Source of the DNA: the human T2T-CHM13v2.0 reference genome, Homo sapiens
Reading direction: 5' to 3' (one strand)
Assembly: GCF_009914755.1 (NCBI RefSeq)
Contig: NC_060932.1
Length of the DNA stretch: 64,000 nt
The notes below the pieces were generated by a model. That model was not told the origin of the DNA. It made no database searches and saw only the letters and a program-made list of their open reading frames with translations. The translations under genes were made by a program, and so were the position numbers. How positions within the stretch are numbered: the stretch's first letter is position 1; every line of letters begins with the position of its first letter. Shown here in pieces: positions 1-13,081 of the stretch.

Positions 1-400
1 CCGGGGCCGTTTGGGCTCGCGGTCCGGGAGCGGCGCGGGTAGCGCGGATCCCCTTGGTGCGGGGGGTGGTCCCCAGCAGCGGAGCCGGGCGGGGCGGGGC
101 GGGGCGGGGGCGGGCCTGGGGGGCGGGGAGGCCGGGTGGGCGGAGCGGGCCGCGGAGGGGACGTGGGCCGGGATGGGGACGTGCGGCGGGGACGCCGGGG
201 GATGGACGCGCGGGAGCGGGGCGGGGCGGGCGGCTGCCGCGGGACGTGTCGGGGATCAGGTGTGCGGGGCTCGCGGGCGGGCAGCGTCTGGCGGGCGCGG
301 GAGCCCCCCAGCGAGCATTCCTTTGTTGCCACACGTTTGTCAGGAAAATTCATTTGCTCGTCTAGGGTTGGCTTCAGTCACGTGTGGGGTGAGAGGCTGT
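1..400 (+). promoter_or_regulatory. 3' part of BNIP3L CpG island (5' end of intron 1) with Sp/KLF GC boxes, RCGTG HIF-type cores and a GTCACGTG E-box
   Basis: Very high GC and CpG density at 1-315. Tandem GGGGCGGGGC boxes at ~90-112 and ~217-230. ACGTG at 161, 179 and 244; GTCACGTG at 377-384. Lies ~7.5 kb upstream of BNIP3L exon 2. Confidence 0.75.
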
Positions 401-1292
401 GCCTTGCTTCTCCTTTTTCCTTTTTTATTTTTTTATTAGATTTCTCGAAGTTGCCCAAGTGATTTTTTTTTTTTTAAAGCGATGGGTTGTGCGCCCAGTA
501 AAGCTGAGAGCAGCCTCCTGAACCACCCAAGATTGCACACGTCAGGGAGTCTGGGGCCATGCATTTAAAGAAACGGAATTAAAAACGCACTCGGGCAGTT
601 GAAAGTTAACGGACGAGGCTGATAGACAACCCAGGCCAGGGTCTTTTCATAACATTCCGCTGCCCAGACATCTTGTCCTCAGATTGTTCCTAGTCGTGAG
701 AACCGGGAGCCTTCTTGGAAGGGTTCTTGCCTAACCTTTCTTTAATTCAACTCTTGGGAAAGAGGTAATGGGAGCAGTGAGCATATGGCCAGATGAAGTC
801 TTTTCAAAACCACTTGGATGCTTAAAGGTCATGCAGTATCTTTCGTAAGAGGGAGGTGCTTCCAGTGTGGCCTGAAGATTATTTTAGGGAAGAGAGTTTC
901 AGCCCTCACCAGGTAGCGATGGAGTTTGGAGATTTTAAGATGGATGCTGCTGCTCCAGGTTTTGATGGGTTAATTCCCAAAACCTTTAAGTGTCATATAT
1001 TCCAGAATGTAAGATGGTTATATTATTTCCCACAGTAAATTAGGATGAATGTATGAGTCTTTAAACGTTACTTGTATCACATATTCCTATGCAATTTTAA
1101 GTTATTTGCCCATGTTTAGCATACTGTCTTAGATTTTAGAATGGGAAGAAACTTCAGAGCTAGCTAACTGCCTCCTGTTGTTTGCCTGTAGAGAAACAGG
1201 TCTAGAGTAAATGGCCTTGTCCAAGTTCACAACCGGCTGGGAGCAAAGCAGAGGTTCTCATGTTCAGCCTGTCTACTGCTCTTTTGAGGACA

Positions 1293-1777
<485 letters not shown>

Positions 1778-1878
1778 TGAGTGAAGATACTTGGTAGGTG
1801 TACGTGATTTCACTGAAAGCAAAGGGATTTTCATCTTCCTTTGACCCTTTAACAACAACAACAAAAAGGGCTGAGCCA

Positions 1879-2205
<327 letters not shown>

Positions 2206-2989
2206 TCATTGTTTATCTTGGTGTCTGACAGACCTATGAGGAGTTTGATGTCTTTGGCCAGTCGGTTCCTGCTTGGCTGACATCAGCTCTTACAGAGGTG
2301 GAAGTACACTCAGCCTGCATGGGACATCAAAATGTTGCTTTGGGACATCTGCTAGATAGAAAGTATTTTGTGTGGGATAGGGTGAGCTTTCTGAAAAGCT
2401 TTTAGATATTGCCATATTTAATTACTCCCTTCTTGCCTCTCACTCTGTTCGTTTTTTTAGCTCATTACACAACACTGTACTGAACAAAACAAGAAGCCTC
2501 ATTGAATTCCTTGAAGTGATTTTTGGGCAATGGGCAAAACAACTTATTCAGGCATCTAGTACTATCCAAATTGCTGATAAGTCGAAGGACTTTGTTGGGT
2601 AAAGTTGCACAACTGAAAAACAGGAGAAGAAATGTACAGATTATCTTGCGTTTGGGATTTTATCTTTGGTTCAGGGGTCAAAGCAGGGTTTCAATAGCAA
2701 ATTACTGAAGTATTTGAATAGTGAAGTATTTTTGTGATTTTTTTTTAACTTTACCGCTGTGGAGAGACTGTTCACTTTCATTAAAAATTACAGGGCAAAT
2801 ACCCAAACTCCTTCCAAGTCAAAAGGATGTTGTCCAGTTTGTTTTATTGTTAAGAAAACTATCAACTTCCTTAAGAATGTTTGAATAAGATTCAATAGGG
2901 CCGAATAAGGAAAATCAAAGTAGTAGTGTAAATCGTAGTATAATTCTTGTTGTTGAGAAGTATAGCCTTTTTTTTCTTTTCAAATTTTC

Positions 2990-3281
2990 TTGTTCTTTTT
3001 TGTTTTTTGTTTTGTTGAGACAGGGTCTTGCTTTGTCACCCAAACTGGAGTGCAGTGGTACAGTCATAGCTCATGGCAGCTTAGACCTCCTGGGCTCAAG
3101 TGATCCTCCTGCCTCAGCCTCCCAAGTAGCTAGGACTGCAGGTGTGCACCCCCACATCCAGCTAATTATTTTATTTCTTGTAGAGTTCGAGTTTCACTTT
3201 GTCACCCAGGCTGGTCACCGGCTAACTTATTTTTTGTAGAGATGGAGTTTTGCTTTGTTGCCCAAGCTGGTCACAAACTCT
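2990..3281 (-). mobile_element. AluJ-like, partial with duplicated linker
   Basis: GAGACAGGGTCTTGC...CTCCTGGGCTCAAGTGATCCTCC. Confidence 0.8.
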
Positions 3282-4829
3282 TTTTTTTAAATAGAAACAT
3301 CTTCAAGCACAATGTCCTTGCTTTCTTGTTATGAAGAGTGCTCTTAAGGCCTTCATGGATTGTCACTGCCTCATAATAATGTTTTGAATACCTACGTAAC
3401 TTGTATGTAAATACATACTGCTGCAAAAAGACCAACTTTTCAAAAATTTATTTATTTATTTTTTTATTTAAGAAGAATGCCAGTAACTCTTGTTGGCCTG
3501 GTCTGGATTTCAGCATCAGGTTGGCCTGGTCTGGATTCCTTTCAATAATGAATGAAAAGCTTTGAGGAAAGAATGTAAATATAATGAAATTTCAAAAGAG
3601 TTACATGTGGGCCTTGAAAAGTTAGGGGGAAAGATGAGGAGAAATACTCTTCATTCTCTCCTCCCCTTGTCCCAAAGCTCCTCTCTTCTTCTTCTTGCAA
3701 GAGGATTGAACTAGTGATTATAAAACTGTAAAGATTATACAACATACGGCAATGAGTATAATCACAATTATTGGACCACCCTTCACAGTCTATTATGTTA
3801 GAGAACGGAGAAGCATTCACAGAAGTTTCTCTGAATCTCTTAGTCATTCCCAAAAACCCAAACCAGAAAATATCTCATGTCATTGTATGTTATGTACAAA
3901 TTGGCATAAGGAACAGCTCTTAGTTTGTAAAGTCTTTTAGATAATGGAGAAAGCTTCCAGCTTTTAGTTTTCAAGCTTGATCATTAGGAGGAGAATTCAC
4001 TCTGTGGTTGTTTTCTACTTTGTGTTGCTTGGACAGCACAAACCTCTTATCTAGCCTTGTTTCCTTTCCAAGTAAAAAGGGACTTTGTGAGGATTGGTAG
4101 AGTTAGAACACTAAGAAATTCTGAGGCTGTAAATCAGGAACAAATCGGGTGATGGGAAACAGACGTGTTGTTCATCTATTGAGGAAGACACATTTGCTTT
4201 TTTATGTGTTACTCAAAAGATTAATATGTAGCCTCTTAATGCCTGTGTACATAACTTTCTCTGTACCACTATGTATTTCCATAGATGATATTTTTGAAAG
4301 AGAATTACCCTTAATTAATTAAAGGAAATCTACACTTTTAAGGCTGTTAATACCTATTGTCAAATTATTCTCCAGAATGTTCACTGAAGCCCTAATTGTA
4401 ATAACAAAGTATTAGAAACAACCATCTCAGTAGTAGTTAACCATTGCCATTTAGATAATGGTTAAAGTATGGTATATCTTTATAAAAGATGAGATGCAAT
4501 GCAGTTGTTCAAAAGAATGAATGTCAGTATATATTGATAGGGAAGACATCTGAAAAACGACTTACAGAATATGTCAGTATGTGTGTATGGTACAGTTCCA
4601 TTTCTTTATAAAAACAAAAGCAAAAACAGACCTATATTTCATTGACAAAAACTCTGCAAGTCTCCATGTGAAACTGTCAAAAGTGGCTCCTTTGGGAGTA
4701 GGAACGGGAGGTTGGGAGAGATGTTAATTTTTAATTTTATGTACTGATGTTTACGTTTTCTAGGAACACATTTTTCCAGTAAGGAATGGTTTTTCTATGA
4801 TATAGAATATAATTGTAGTAGCTAAAACT

Positions 4830-5030
4830 TTCTTAGGGACCTTTCTTATTGTTCTGCGTGCTATATTCATTTAATCCTCCTAACAAAGTCTTCGAGGTAG
4901 ATACAGTTATTATCTCTATTTTATAGATGAGAAAACTGAGGCACAAAGAGGTTAAGTACCCTGTGCGAGGGTAACAGCTATAACTGAGAGTGGGAGCCTG
5001 GCTTCAGTCTCAGCCCCTGACCACACTATA
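4830..5030 (-). mobile_element. MIR fragment
   Basis: ATTTTATAGATGAGAAAACTGAGGCACAAAGAGGTTAAGT core. Confidence 0.7.
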
Positions 5031-5250
5031 CCAGTGTATCCCAAGTACAAATTGTCCGCCTTAAGTAGAAATGCTTTCAGTTATGATTCAGGGTGTGGAG
5101 GCCACAGCAGAGATCACTTTTACTAAGCTTTTCTAGGTATGTCTCTTTCAGGTTCCAAAAGTATATATTGGATTATGATTGCTTATGTGTTTTTAATGAA
5201 GAAAATAGGATCCAGACATTGATTTGAAAGTCCTTCAAAAAAGTAAAAAC

Positions 5251-5371
5251 CAGGTTGGGAGCAGTGGCTCATACCTGTAAGCCCAGCACTTTGGGAGGCT
5301 GAGGTGGGAGGATTGCTGAAGCCCAGGAGTTTGAGACCAACCTGGGCAATGTAGGGAGACCCTGTCTCTAC

Positions 5372-5406
<35 letters not shown>

Positions 5407-5566
5407 GTCGGGCATGGTGGCATGTGCCCTGTAGTCCCAGCTTCTTGGGAGGCTGAGGTGGGAGGATTGCTTGGGCCCAGGAATCAAGGCCGCAGTGAGC
5501 TGTGATTGTGCCACTGTACTACAGCCTGGGTGACAATGCAAGACTGTCTCAAAAGAAAAACAAAAG
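5251..5566 (+). mobile_element. AluJ with (AAAT)n expansion in the linker
   Basis: Alu dimer; (TAAA)n at 5372-5406. Confidence 0.88.
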
Positions 5567-6689
5567 TAAGGACCAGAAAACCTGATATTGTTTGTTACAC
5601 CCTTTTTTCTCTTCGATTGCCTACTTCAAGTGAATATTAATTGTATTTTAGGGAAGACTGACTTCCACAGAGACCTATCTGGAACTCCTGGTTCCTTACC
5701 TCTGCTTCTGTCAGAGCAGCTCTGGGTTTTGGTTTGTTACTATTGTACACATTAGGCTTCTATACAAGAAGAACTGGTCCCATTGGTTTAAAAATAAGTT
5801 TGAAAATCCTAGAAACAGTGAGAGTCAGAAAAAAAAACTGTTTTTATATACATATTCTCTCCCCCACCCCCTTTCTCTCCAGTTGAAATATGTTGCAGAG
5901 CTCTAAATTTAGGGATGCTTTTGGCGTATTTCTTATACACTCCAGAGGCACTCGAGATAAATTATCTTCAATGTTAGATCTCTCTTAGCTTTGCTAGTTG
6001 TATTTGTTAATCCATTTTGAGTTCTCTAGCCTGTGTCCATTTTATGTGTGTATAGAATGAGGCCATGGAGATGTTGTACAACTGTGTCGTTTGGCAGCAG
6101 AGTCCTAAGGAATTGGTGGTGACTATGGGATGGTGGTAGCCACTGGGGCTGCCTCAAATGGAAAGGAAAGGGTTCTAAGTATTTATAAAAGAAAATTCTA
6201 GTGTATAACTGAGCATCTTCTATTTACCAGCACTTGATACTACTAAATCGTCACAGCACCCCGGTGTTATTATTATCTCTGTTTACAAATGAGGAAGCTG
6301 AAGCTCAGGTCACACAGGTAGACAGGAAGTGATGGGGTCAGATTCCCAGCTAGGTCTGCCTTGGAGCTTTCCTTCTTGTGAGGGTGATGTTCAGTTCACT
6401 CTGGAACTGGTGTAGCCATCGCCACATTTAGAGTGCATTTTAGAGTTTGAGCCAGTTTTGATGATTTTACTTCAACTTACTGATGGAACTCCTTGTTCAT
6501 CCCTGGAACTCTCTAACACTTCTGCTGGGAGTTTAGAGGGATGGCCACACCAAGCTGCTTGGGTACATTTTCTAAAACAAAATTTATTGTAAGAAATGGA
6601 AATTATGAACAAAATATACCACTATCTCTTTTTGCTGTGAAGTTAAGTTTATTGGCTACTGTTAACAATTTATTTACTTACTTACTTAC

Positions 6690-6816
6690 TATTCTTTTGT
6701 AGAGACAGGGTCTTGCCATGTTCCCCAGGCTGGTGTCAAACTCCTGGATTCAAGCAATCCTGGTGCCTCAGCCTCCCAAAGTGCTGGGATTACATGTGTG
6801 AGCCACTGTACCTGGC
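6690..6816 (-). mobile_element. Alu left monomer/FLAM
   Basis: GTAGAGACAGGGTCTTGCCATGTT...CCCAAAGTGCTGGGATTAC...CCTGGCC. Confidence 0.8.
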
Positions 6817-7806
6817 CTCAACTCTTGTTAAAATTAAAGCACCTTAATACGTTTAGCAAACTCATCAGACCAATAAATATTTTCAAGATGTATGCAGAAT
6901 TACCAGTGGCACATCCCCTTTTTCTGTGGCTCCACCCCTTCAACTTTTTGTCCAAGAAAACTTTTCGTGTTTGCCTGTAGCTGATGTGCAGTTGTTTCTG
7001 CTCCCAAATCAACAGGGTTTAATGAAAACCCTAGAAAGTAGAAACCCGTGGGAGAGAAAAGAAAAAAGACAAGTTCACAAGGTATGTTTAGTGTATAAAA
7101 AAGGAGAAGGACTAGAAAGCCTGAGATACAAAGGAAATGAAGAAACTAATCAGTGAGATAGAGATAAAGCTTTTTTCTGAATTTTTAGCATTATTACCTG
7201 ATTTAGTTAACCAGCTGCATTAATTTTATGCTCCTGATTTGTGCACAAATTGAAATTTTTGCTATTGGATTTAGGTTCCCTCTCTAGGAGTTTCTCAGTT
7301 GTTTGCACTAAGTAGGATATAGTTGCTAACTTACTTAGATGACCTTTTATGAAATTTGTAGGTGATATATTTATTTCATTTCTGGAGCAGATACAGCTGA
7401 GCAGCTTAGGTAGACTATGAAGAAAGTGTGTGTGTATATATACACCAACTAAAATGTTAAAGGTAAATAGCCTAAAAGTAGCAATTTTTTTTTGAAAAGC
7501 AACCTGAGTTTTCAGTAGAGTGTTATTATAAACCAAGCTTTACCCAGAGAGAAATTGACTGAAAAACACGTTTTCTGAGATGTTTTAGAGTTTGAGCTGT
7601 TTCTCAGTTGATGGCATGAGCTATTTCAGGAACAGAACTATATAGATCTTTAGACTTTTATTACTTCTTATTTATTTTCTTCAGAATACTTTTACATTTG
7701 GTTTGAGGAGAGTCAGAATTCTTATCTGGATTCACCATGTTCACATCTGTGTGCACATGACAGATTTCAGTTCTGCTGTGGTTAACTTATCTGACTTGTC
7801 CAACAG

Positions 7807-7990
7807 GTTCCTGGGTGGAGCTACCCATGAACAGCAGCAATGGCAATGATAATGGCAATGGGAAAAATGGGGGGCTGGAACACGTACCATCCTCATCCTC
7901 CATCCACAATGGAGACATGGAGAAGATTCTTTTGGATGCACAACATGAATCAGGACAGAGTAGTTCCAGAGGCAGTTCTCACTGTGACAG
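7807..7990 (+). CDS. BNIP3L: BNIP3L/NIX coding exon 2 (184 nt; LIR motif WVEL)
   Basis: Acceptor ccaacAG|GT and donor AG|GTAAGT. Translates [60 protein letters not shown], matching recalled human NIX. Confidence 0.98.
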
Positions 7991-10929
7991 GTAAGTGAGA
8001 CCCATGTTTTGGTGGAATTCAGGAAACAGGTGGGTTACAGGGCTCATTCACTCTAGGAAAAATCTGTTTGCTTAAATCTTCACTTAGCAAAATATGCCTC
8101 CTGATATATTGTAGTATAATATATATTGCACAGATATATATTGTGTTTATATGAGACAGCTAATTGACAGGTGCTTCAGTGCCCACTGTTTTTCCCCAGA
8201 TTGTCATTTTTCTTACCCAGATTATATTGTTTCTAGCAGTTTATCAGTTTAAAATTCAGTGGCATAAATGCTAATTTATAGAATTAATCTGACTTTCCCC
8301 CATTTTCCTTTGTGTCCCTGTGTTACAGATCACAGACTGTTCTTGAATTAGTTACCTCTGTATATATGTGTCTTCCCTTCTAGATGTTGACGTTGCAAAG
8401 GGCAGGGGCCATGTTTAATTTTTATTACCTTCACAGTAATGGTGCTGGCACGTAGTAGACACTCAGTAAATGTTTGATTCATAGGAACTGCAGGTTGCTT
8501 CACGTTATAGCAATATTTGCACAGTTGGAAGCACCAACCAAGGTCTGTAAAGATAGTTTTGAAGTCTCCTCTGCTTTCTCAGGGGATGTTTTGTTTCAGA
8601 CCTCATTTTTCTATATTTGAGCTGAAGAAACTAATTACATGGATTAAGGACTGCTTATGGTGAAAGAGTAAGAATACAACGAGATATGTGTGTGGAATGA
8701 AACCAGGTCATTATTTTTTAGTATAAACTTTTCTGTTTTTTTTTTTTTTTTTTCAGAAGGGCTAGATATTAAATGACATTTAAGAAATTCTTGTTTCAGT
8801 GACAGCTACACTGTTAGCATTATGGGGCACTGGATGACCTTCTGGGTGGTTGTTAACTGATGTTAACCATTTAGAAAATGCAAATGCACGGGAAGCAGAT
8901 TAAGGAAATGTAAACAGTGACTATTTTTAGGAATGCAGTATGGATATGTTTCTTCTTAACATTTTTGTATTTTGTAAAAATTGTGTATATTGCACATATT
9001 ATTACTTATCAGAAGAAGTGAAAAAAAGGAGAAATGAGTTAAATCATGTCCAACTTCCTGAGTGGCTTATGATCCACTAATGTTGCCAAGGCAGCGGGGG
9101 ACTGGTTTGTTGGCTCTGTGGCACACTGTGCACCCCCGCCACCCCCGTGTCATCCCTGACTTGTCCCTGTGCTTCTTAGAGCCTGGGATGGCTCTTGTCA
9201 TAAGCGGAACCAGAGCAGATGGCTCTCTTCTGAACAGCTTGCCCTTGATTCCAGTAGCTACAGCATTAGTCTGTCTTTCCGAATGAAGATTTATATTTAT
9301 ATTATGGAACTTGCTGATGGGTTTCTCAAGTTTTCTGCTTGTTATGGCCTGTCAACAAGGCTTTCACTCTGCGTTCAGGTGTGTGGGCCTTGATCATTGA
9401 TACCATGGTGTCCATGAGCCTGTTGTTCACATGGTGCTGTCAATGAGCAGAGAACAGTCACCTGCTTACCTGTCTGTTCATCTTACTTCATTTATGGTGC
9501 AGTTTTACGTGTGACTGAATATGCCTTCACCCTCCTATGATCATGTTTAAGTTTAGGTTGCCATGAGGAGGCATGGCAAATGCTTTTGAACACTTTCGTA
9601 CCCCTCATCTTATGTCTCTCCAGGCCCTAGATTAGTGGTCATCTTTCAGAGAATGGCTAGAACTCGAGTCTTCTGGGATAGCCTACTAACACGCTTTACC
9701 ATTGAGGAGTGTCTTCAAAACTCACATCATCTGAATTGCCATGCGTCTCTATATGTGAAAAGTAATTGGAAAGTGTTTCTTGTAGGGGGAAATGTTTTAG
9801 GGTTGTTGGGTATCAGTCCTAGAGCTGATTTATGTATATTTTCAACTTAAAAATTATTCCATAGAAATATTTGTGTTGCCGCAGGGGTTGTTAGCTGGGA
9901 ACCCCAGTGTGTTCTGCTTTGCCTTTCACCCTGTCACAGGGGTTTTCACCTTGACGGCACACTAGATTCACCCAGAAGCTTTTAAAAATGGCAGCACATG
10001 GACTGCATCTCAAGAACTTCTCATTTTGGTTGACAGGGGCAGGGTAGAGACGTCACAATATTTTAAAAGCTCCCCAGCCGATTCTAATATGTGCCATGGG
10101 TGAAGCTCTAATGCATTCCAAATTGTTAGGAGGAGTAAACAGTTTAGAGAAGAGGTTGGTACCAGTGTGAAGAAGCATATAGAAGCAGAGCAATGCTTCC
10201 ATAGGATTCTTGACTTTGTCACCCTGACTGCCTTGACCTGGTCACGGCTATGTAAGGCTGACCCTTAACTTGATGTGTAGCTGTGAACCCAACAGTTATG
10301 AGCACAAAGATAGTAAACTGAGGCCAGTAGGAGTGCCCAGTTCGGGTTGACTCCTGTGCTAGTTCAAGACAAAAATTTCCTAAATATATATGACGTTGGT
10401 TTGATACAGAACCAGCTTTTCTGTTTTCCTGTCCCCATTTAAAAATCTCCTATGTCAATTATACTAGTCTAAAAGACTCCTAGGCCTAATCTGTCTGATA
10501 AATTTCTGACGATCTTATTTCTGAGTCAGTCTCACCAACGTCTCTATACATTAATTAACATTATATACATACTCTTGATAACTTTAATAGTTAATATCTA
10601 TTCTTTTCAGCAAGTTAAGCCCCAAATATTTTTTATTTCTATTTTAGATTTTGGGGGAGGGTTTGTGTATGTAGTGAAGGATCCCCAGTGACTTTCAGTT
10701 TTTATACAAGAAATCATTAATAAAGCTAAGAAATTAACTTAGCACATTCTGTTCATCTCTTGTATCAAGTGCAGTTTGTGATCATGTTGTTTTTGTCTAA
10801 AAACTTATTTGTAAATTTTTACAGTTCTAAGAATGTATTTTGTGCAATCATAAAGGTTTTATATTAATATATAAGTTATATAATTCACTCTGAAATATCT
10901 CAAAGCAAATATTTCTGAAATAAGTAAAA

Positions 10930-11405
10930 TAGTGGTTCTCAAAGTTTTTGGTCATTACATACCTTTACATTCTTAAAAATCATTAGGGACCCCAAAAAAC
11001 TTGTTTGTGGGTTTATATATTTTGATATTTACTATATTAGAAATTAAAACTGAGAAAATATATATTCATTCAAAAATAATACATTTTAACATAAGTAGCA
11101 TTTTTTAGTGAAAATACCTATTTTCTATAAACCCTCCAAGTTAATAAGAATAGTGGCATTGTTTTACACATTTACAAATCTCTAATACCAAGCTTAATAG
11201 AAGACAGCTGGTTCTCATCTGTGTTTGCATTCTAACTGTTGTGCTATCACACATCATGTAGCCTTCGGAAAATTCCACTATACACATGGGAGAATGAGAA
11301 TGAAAAAGGCAAATAAATCCTACTAGTATTGAGAAAGGAACTGTAACCTCAAAGACCCTCTGAAAGCGTCTTTGAGAACTACCTTATGCACTTTGAGAAC
11401 TACTG
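10930..11405. mobile_element. hAT-Charlie-type DNA transposon remnant
   Basis: Terminal inverted repeats TAGTGGTTCTCAAAGT (10930) and ACTTTGAGAACTACTG (11390-11405). Subfamily not assigned. Confidence 0.7.
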
Positions 11406-11774
11406 GTGAATTATTTAATGATGAGGGAACTTTGAGAAAAAGAACTCTGAAGTTCCTGAATTTGAAGATTATTTTACCTTTAGTGGACAAAAGAGTAAAT
11501 ATAAGAGAATGTGACAGTTTGTGTCTGTAGATAGTATTTCCTTTGCAAATTTATCATTTTGAAGGATTTCATTACTACTGAAAAAGTGCAGAACATTTTG
11601 GGAGTAAGAATGCTCAATTTCATTTAGCCTTTTAATATCACATAAATTTTTCTTGTATAGGGTTATGATATATTCTCTGATTTGCTTTTTCAAAGCCATA
11701 CTGCTGTAACTTTTAATTTTCTAATTTCTAGTAGAGACTAAGTCATTTGACAAAGTGAGAATTAAAACTAATAG

Positions 11775-11894
<120 letters not shown>

Positions 11895-12410
11895 TAAACA
11901 ATTAAGAAAGATGTAAATTCTCTAAGTATATTTTGCTAAAATAAATGTGAAGACTTTTAGGAATAGTTTGAAGCTATTATTGAGTTTCTGATTTTGGAAT
12001 TTATTTAGGATGATATAGTTCTTGTCGCACTCCTTTACAACTAAGGATTTTGGGCCCTGTCACTCTAAACGAATTGGAAAATTCTTGTCCATAATAAATC
12101 ATGCCAATACTCCAGGCTAGTTTCTTGAGTGTATAAGTAGAAAAAGACTGAGATAGATGCTTTAAGACCACAGAATAGGGAGGAGCCAAGATGGCTGAAT
12201 AGGAACAGCTCCGGTCTACAGCTCCCAGCATGAGCGACGCAGAAGACGGGTGATTTCTGCATTTCCATCTGAGGTACCGGGTTCATCTCACTAGGGAGTG
12301 CCAGACAGTGGGCGCAGGCCAGTGGGTGCGCGCACCGTGCGCGAGCCGAAGCAGGGCGAGGCATTGCCTCACCTGGGAAGCGCAAGGGGTCAGGGAGTTC
12401 CCTTTCCGAG

Positions 12411-12626
12411 TCAAAGAAAGGGGTGACGGACGCACCTGGAAAATCGGGTCACTCCCACCCGAATATTGTGCTTTTCAGACCGGCTTAAAAAACGGCGCAC
12501 CACGAGACTATATCCCACACCTGGCTCGGAGGGTCCTATGCCCACGGAATCTCGCTGATTGCTAGCACAGCAGTCTGAGATCAAACTGCAAGGCGGCAGC
12601 GAGGCTGGGGGAGGGGCGCCCGCCAT
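12411..12626 (-). CDS. L1 ORF0 (71 aa, antisense in the 5'UTR), intact
   Basis: ATG at 12626-12624. MAGAPPPASLPPCSLISDCCASNQRDSVG...RFSRCVRHPFL matches recalled primate L1 ORF0. Expression not shown. Confidence 0.75.
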   Translation of the reverse strand: MAGAPPPASLPPCSLISDCCASNQRDSVGIGPSEPGVGYSLVVRRFLSRSEKHNIRVGVTRFSRCVRHPFL

Positions 12627-13081
12627 TGCCCAGGCTTGCTTAGGTAAACAGAGCAGCCGGGAAGCTCGAACTGGGTGGAGCCCACCACAGCTCAAGGAGG
12701 CCTGCCTGCCTCTGTAGGCTCCACCTCTGGGGGCAGGGCACAGACAAACAAAAAGACAGCAGTAACCTCTGCAGACTTAAATGTCCCTGTCTGACAGCTT
12801 TGAAGAGAGCAGTGGTTCTCCCAGCACGCAGCTGGAGATCTGAGAACGGGCAGACTGCCTCCTCAAGTGGGTCCCTGACCCCTGACCCCCGAGCAGCCTA
12901 ACTGGGAGGCACCCCCCAGCAGGGGCACACTGACACCTCACACGGCAGGGTATTCCAACAGACCTGCAGCTGAGGGTCCTGTCTGTTAGAAGGAAAACTA
13001 ACAAACAGAAAGGACATCCACACCGAAAACCCATCTGTACATCACCATCATCAAAGACCAAAAGTAGATAAAACCACAAAG

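Noticed and set aside
11-462. Three overlapping Gly/Arg-rich ORFs
   Set aside because: Expected by chance in stop-poor CpG-island DNA. They have non-ATG starts, resemble no protein I recognise, and lie in intron 1.
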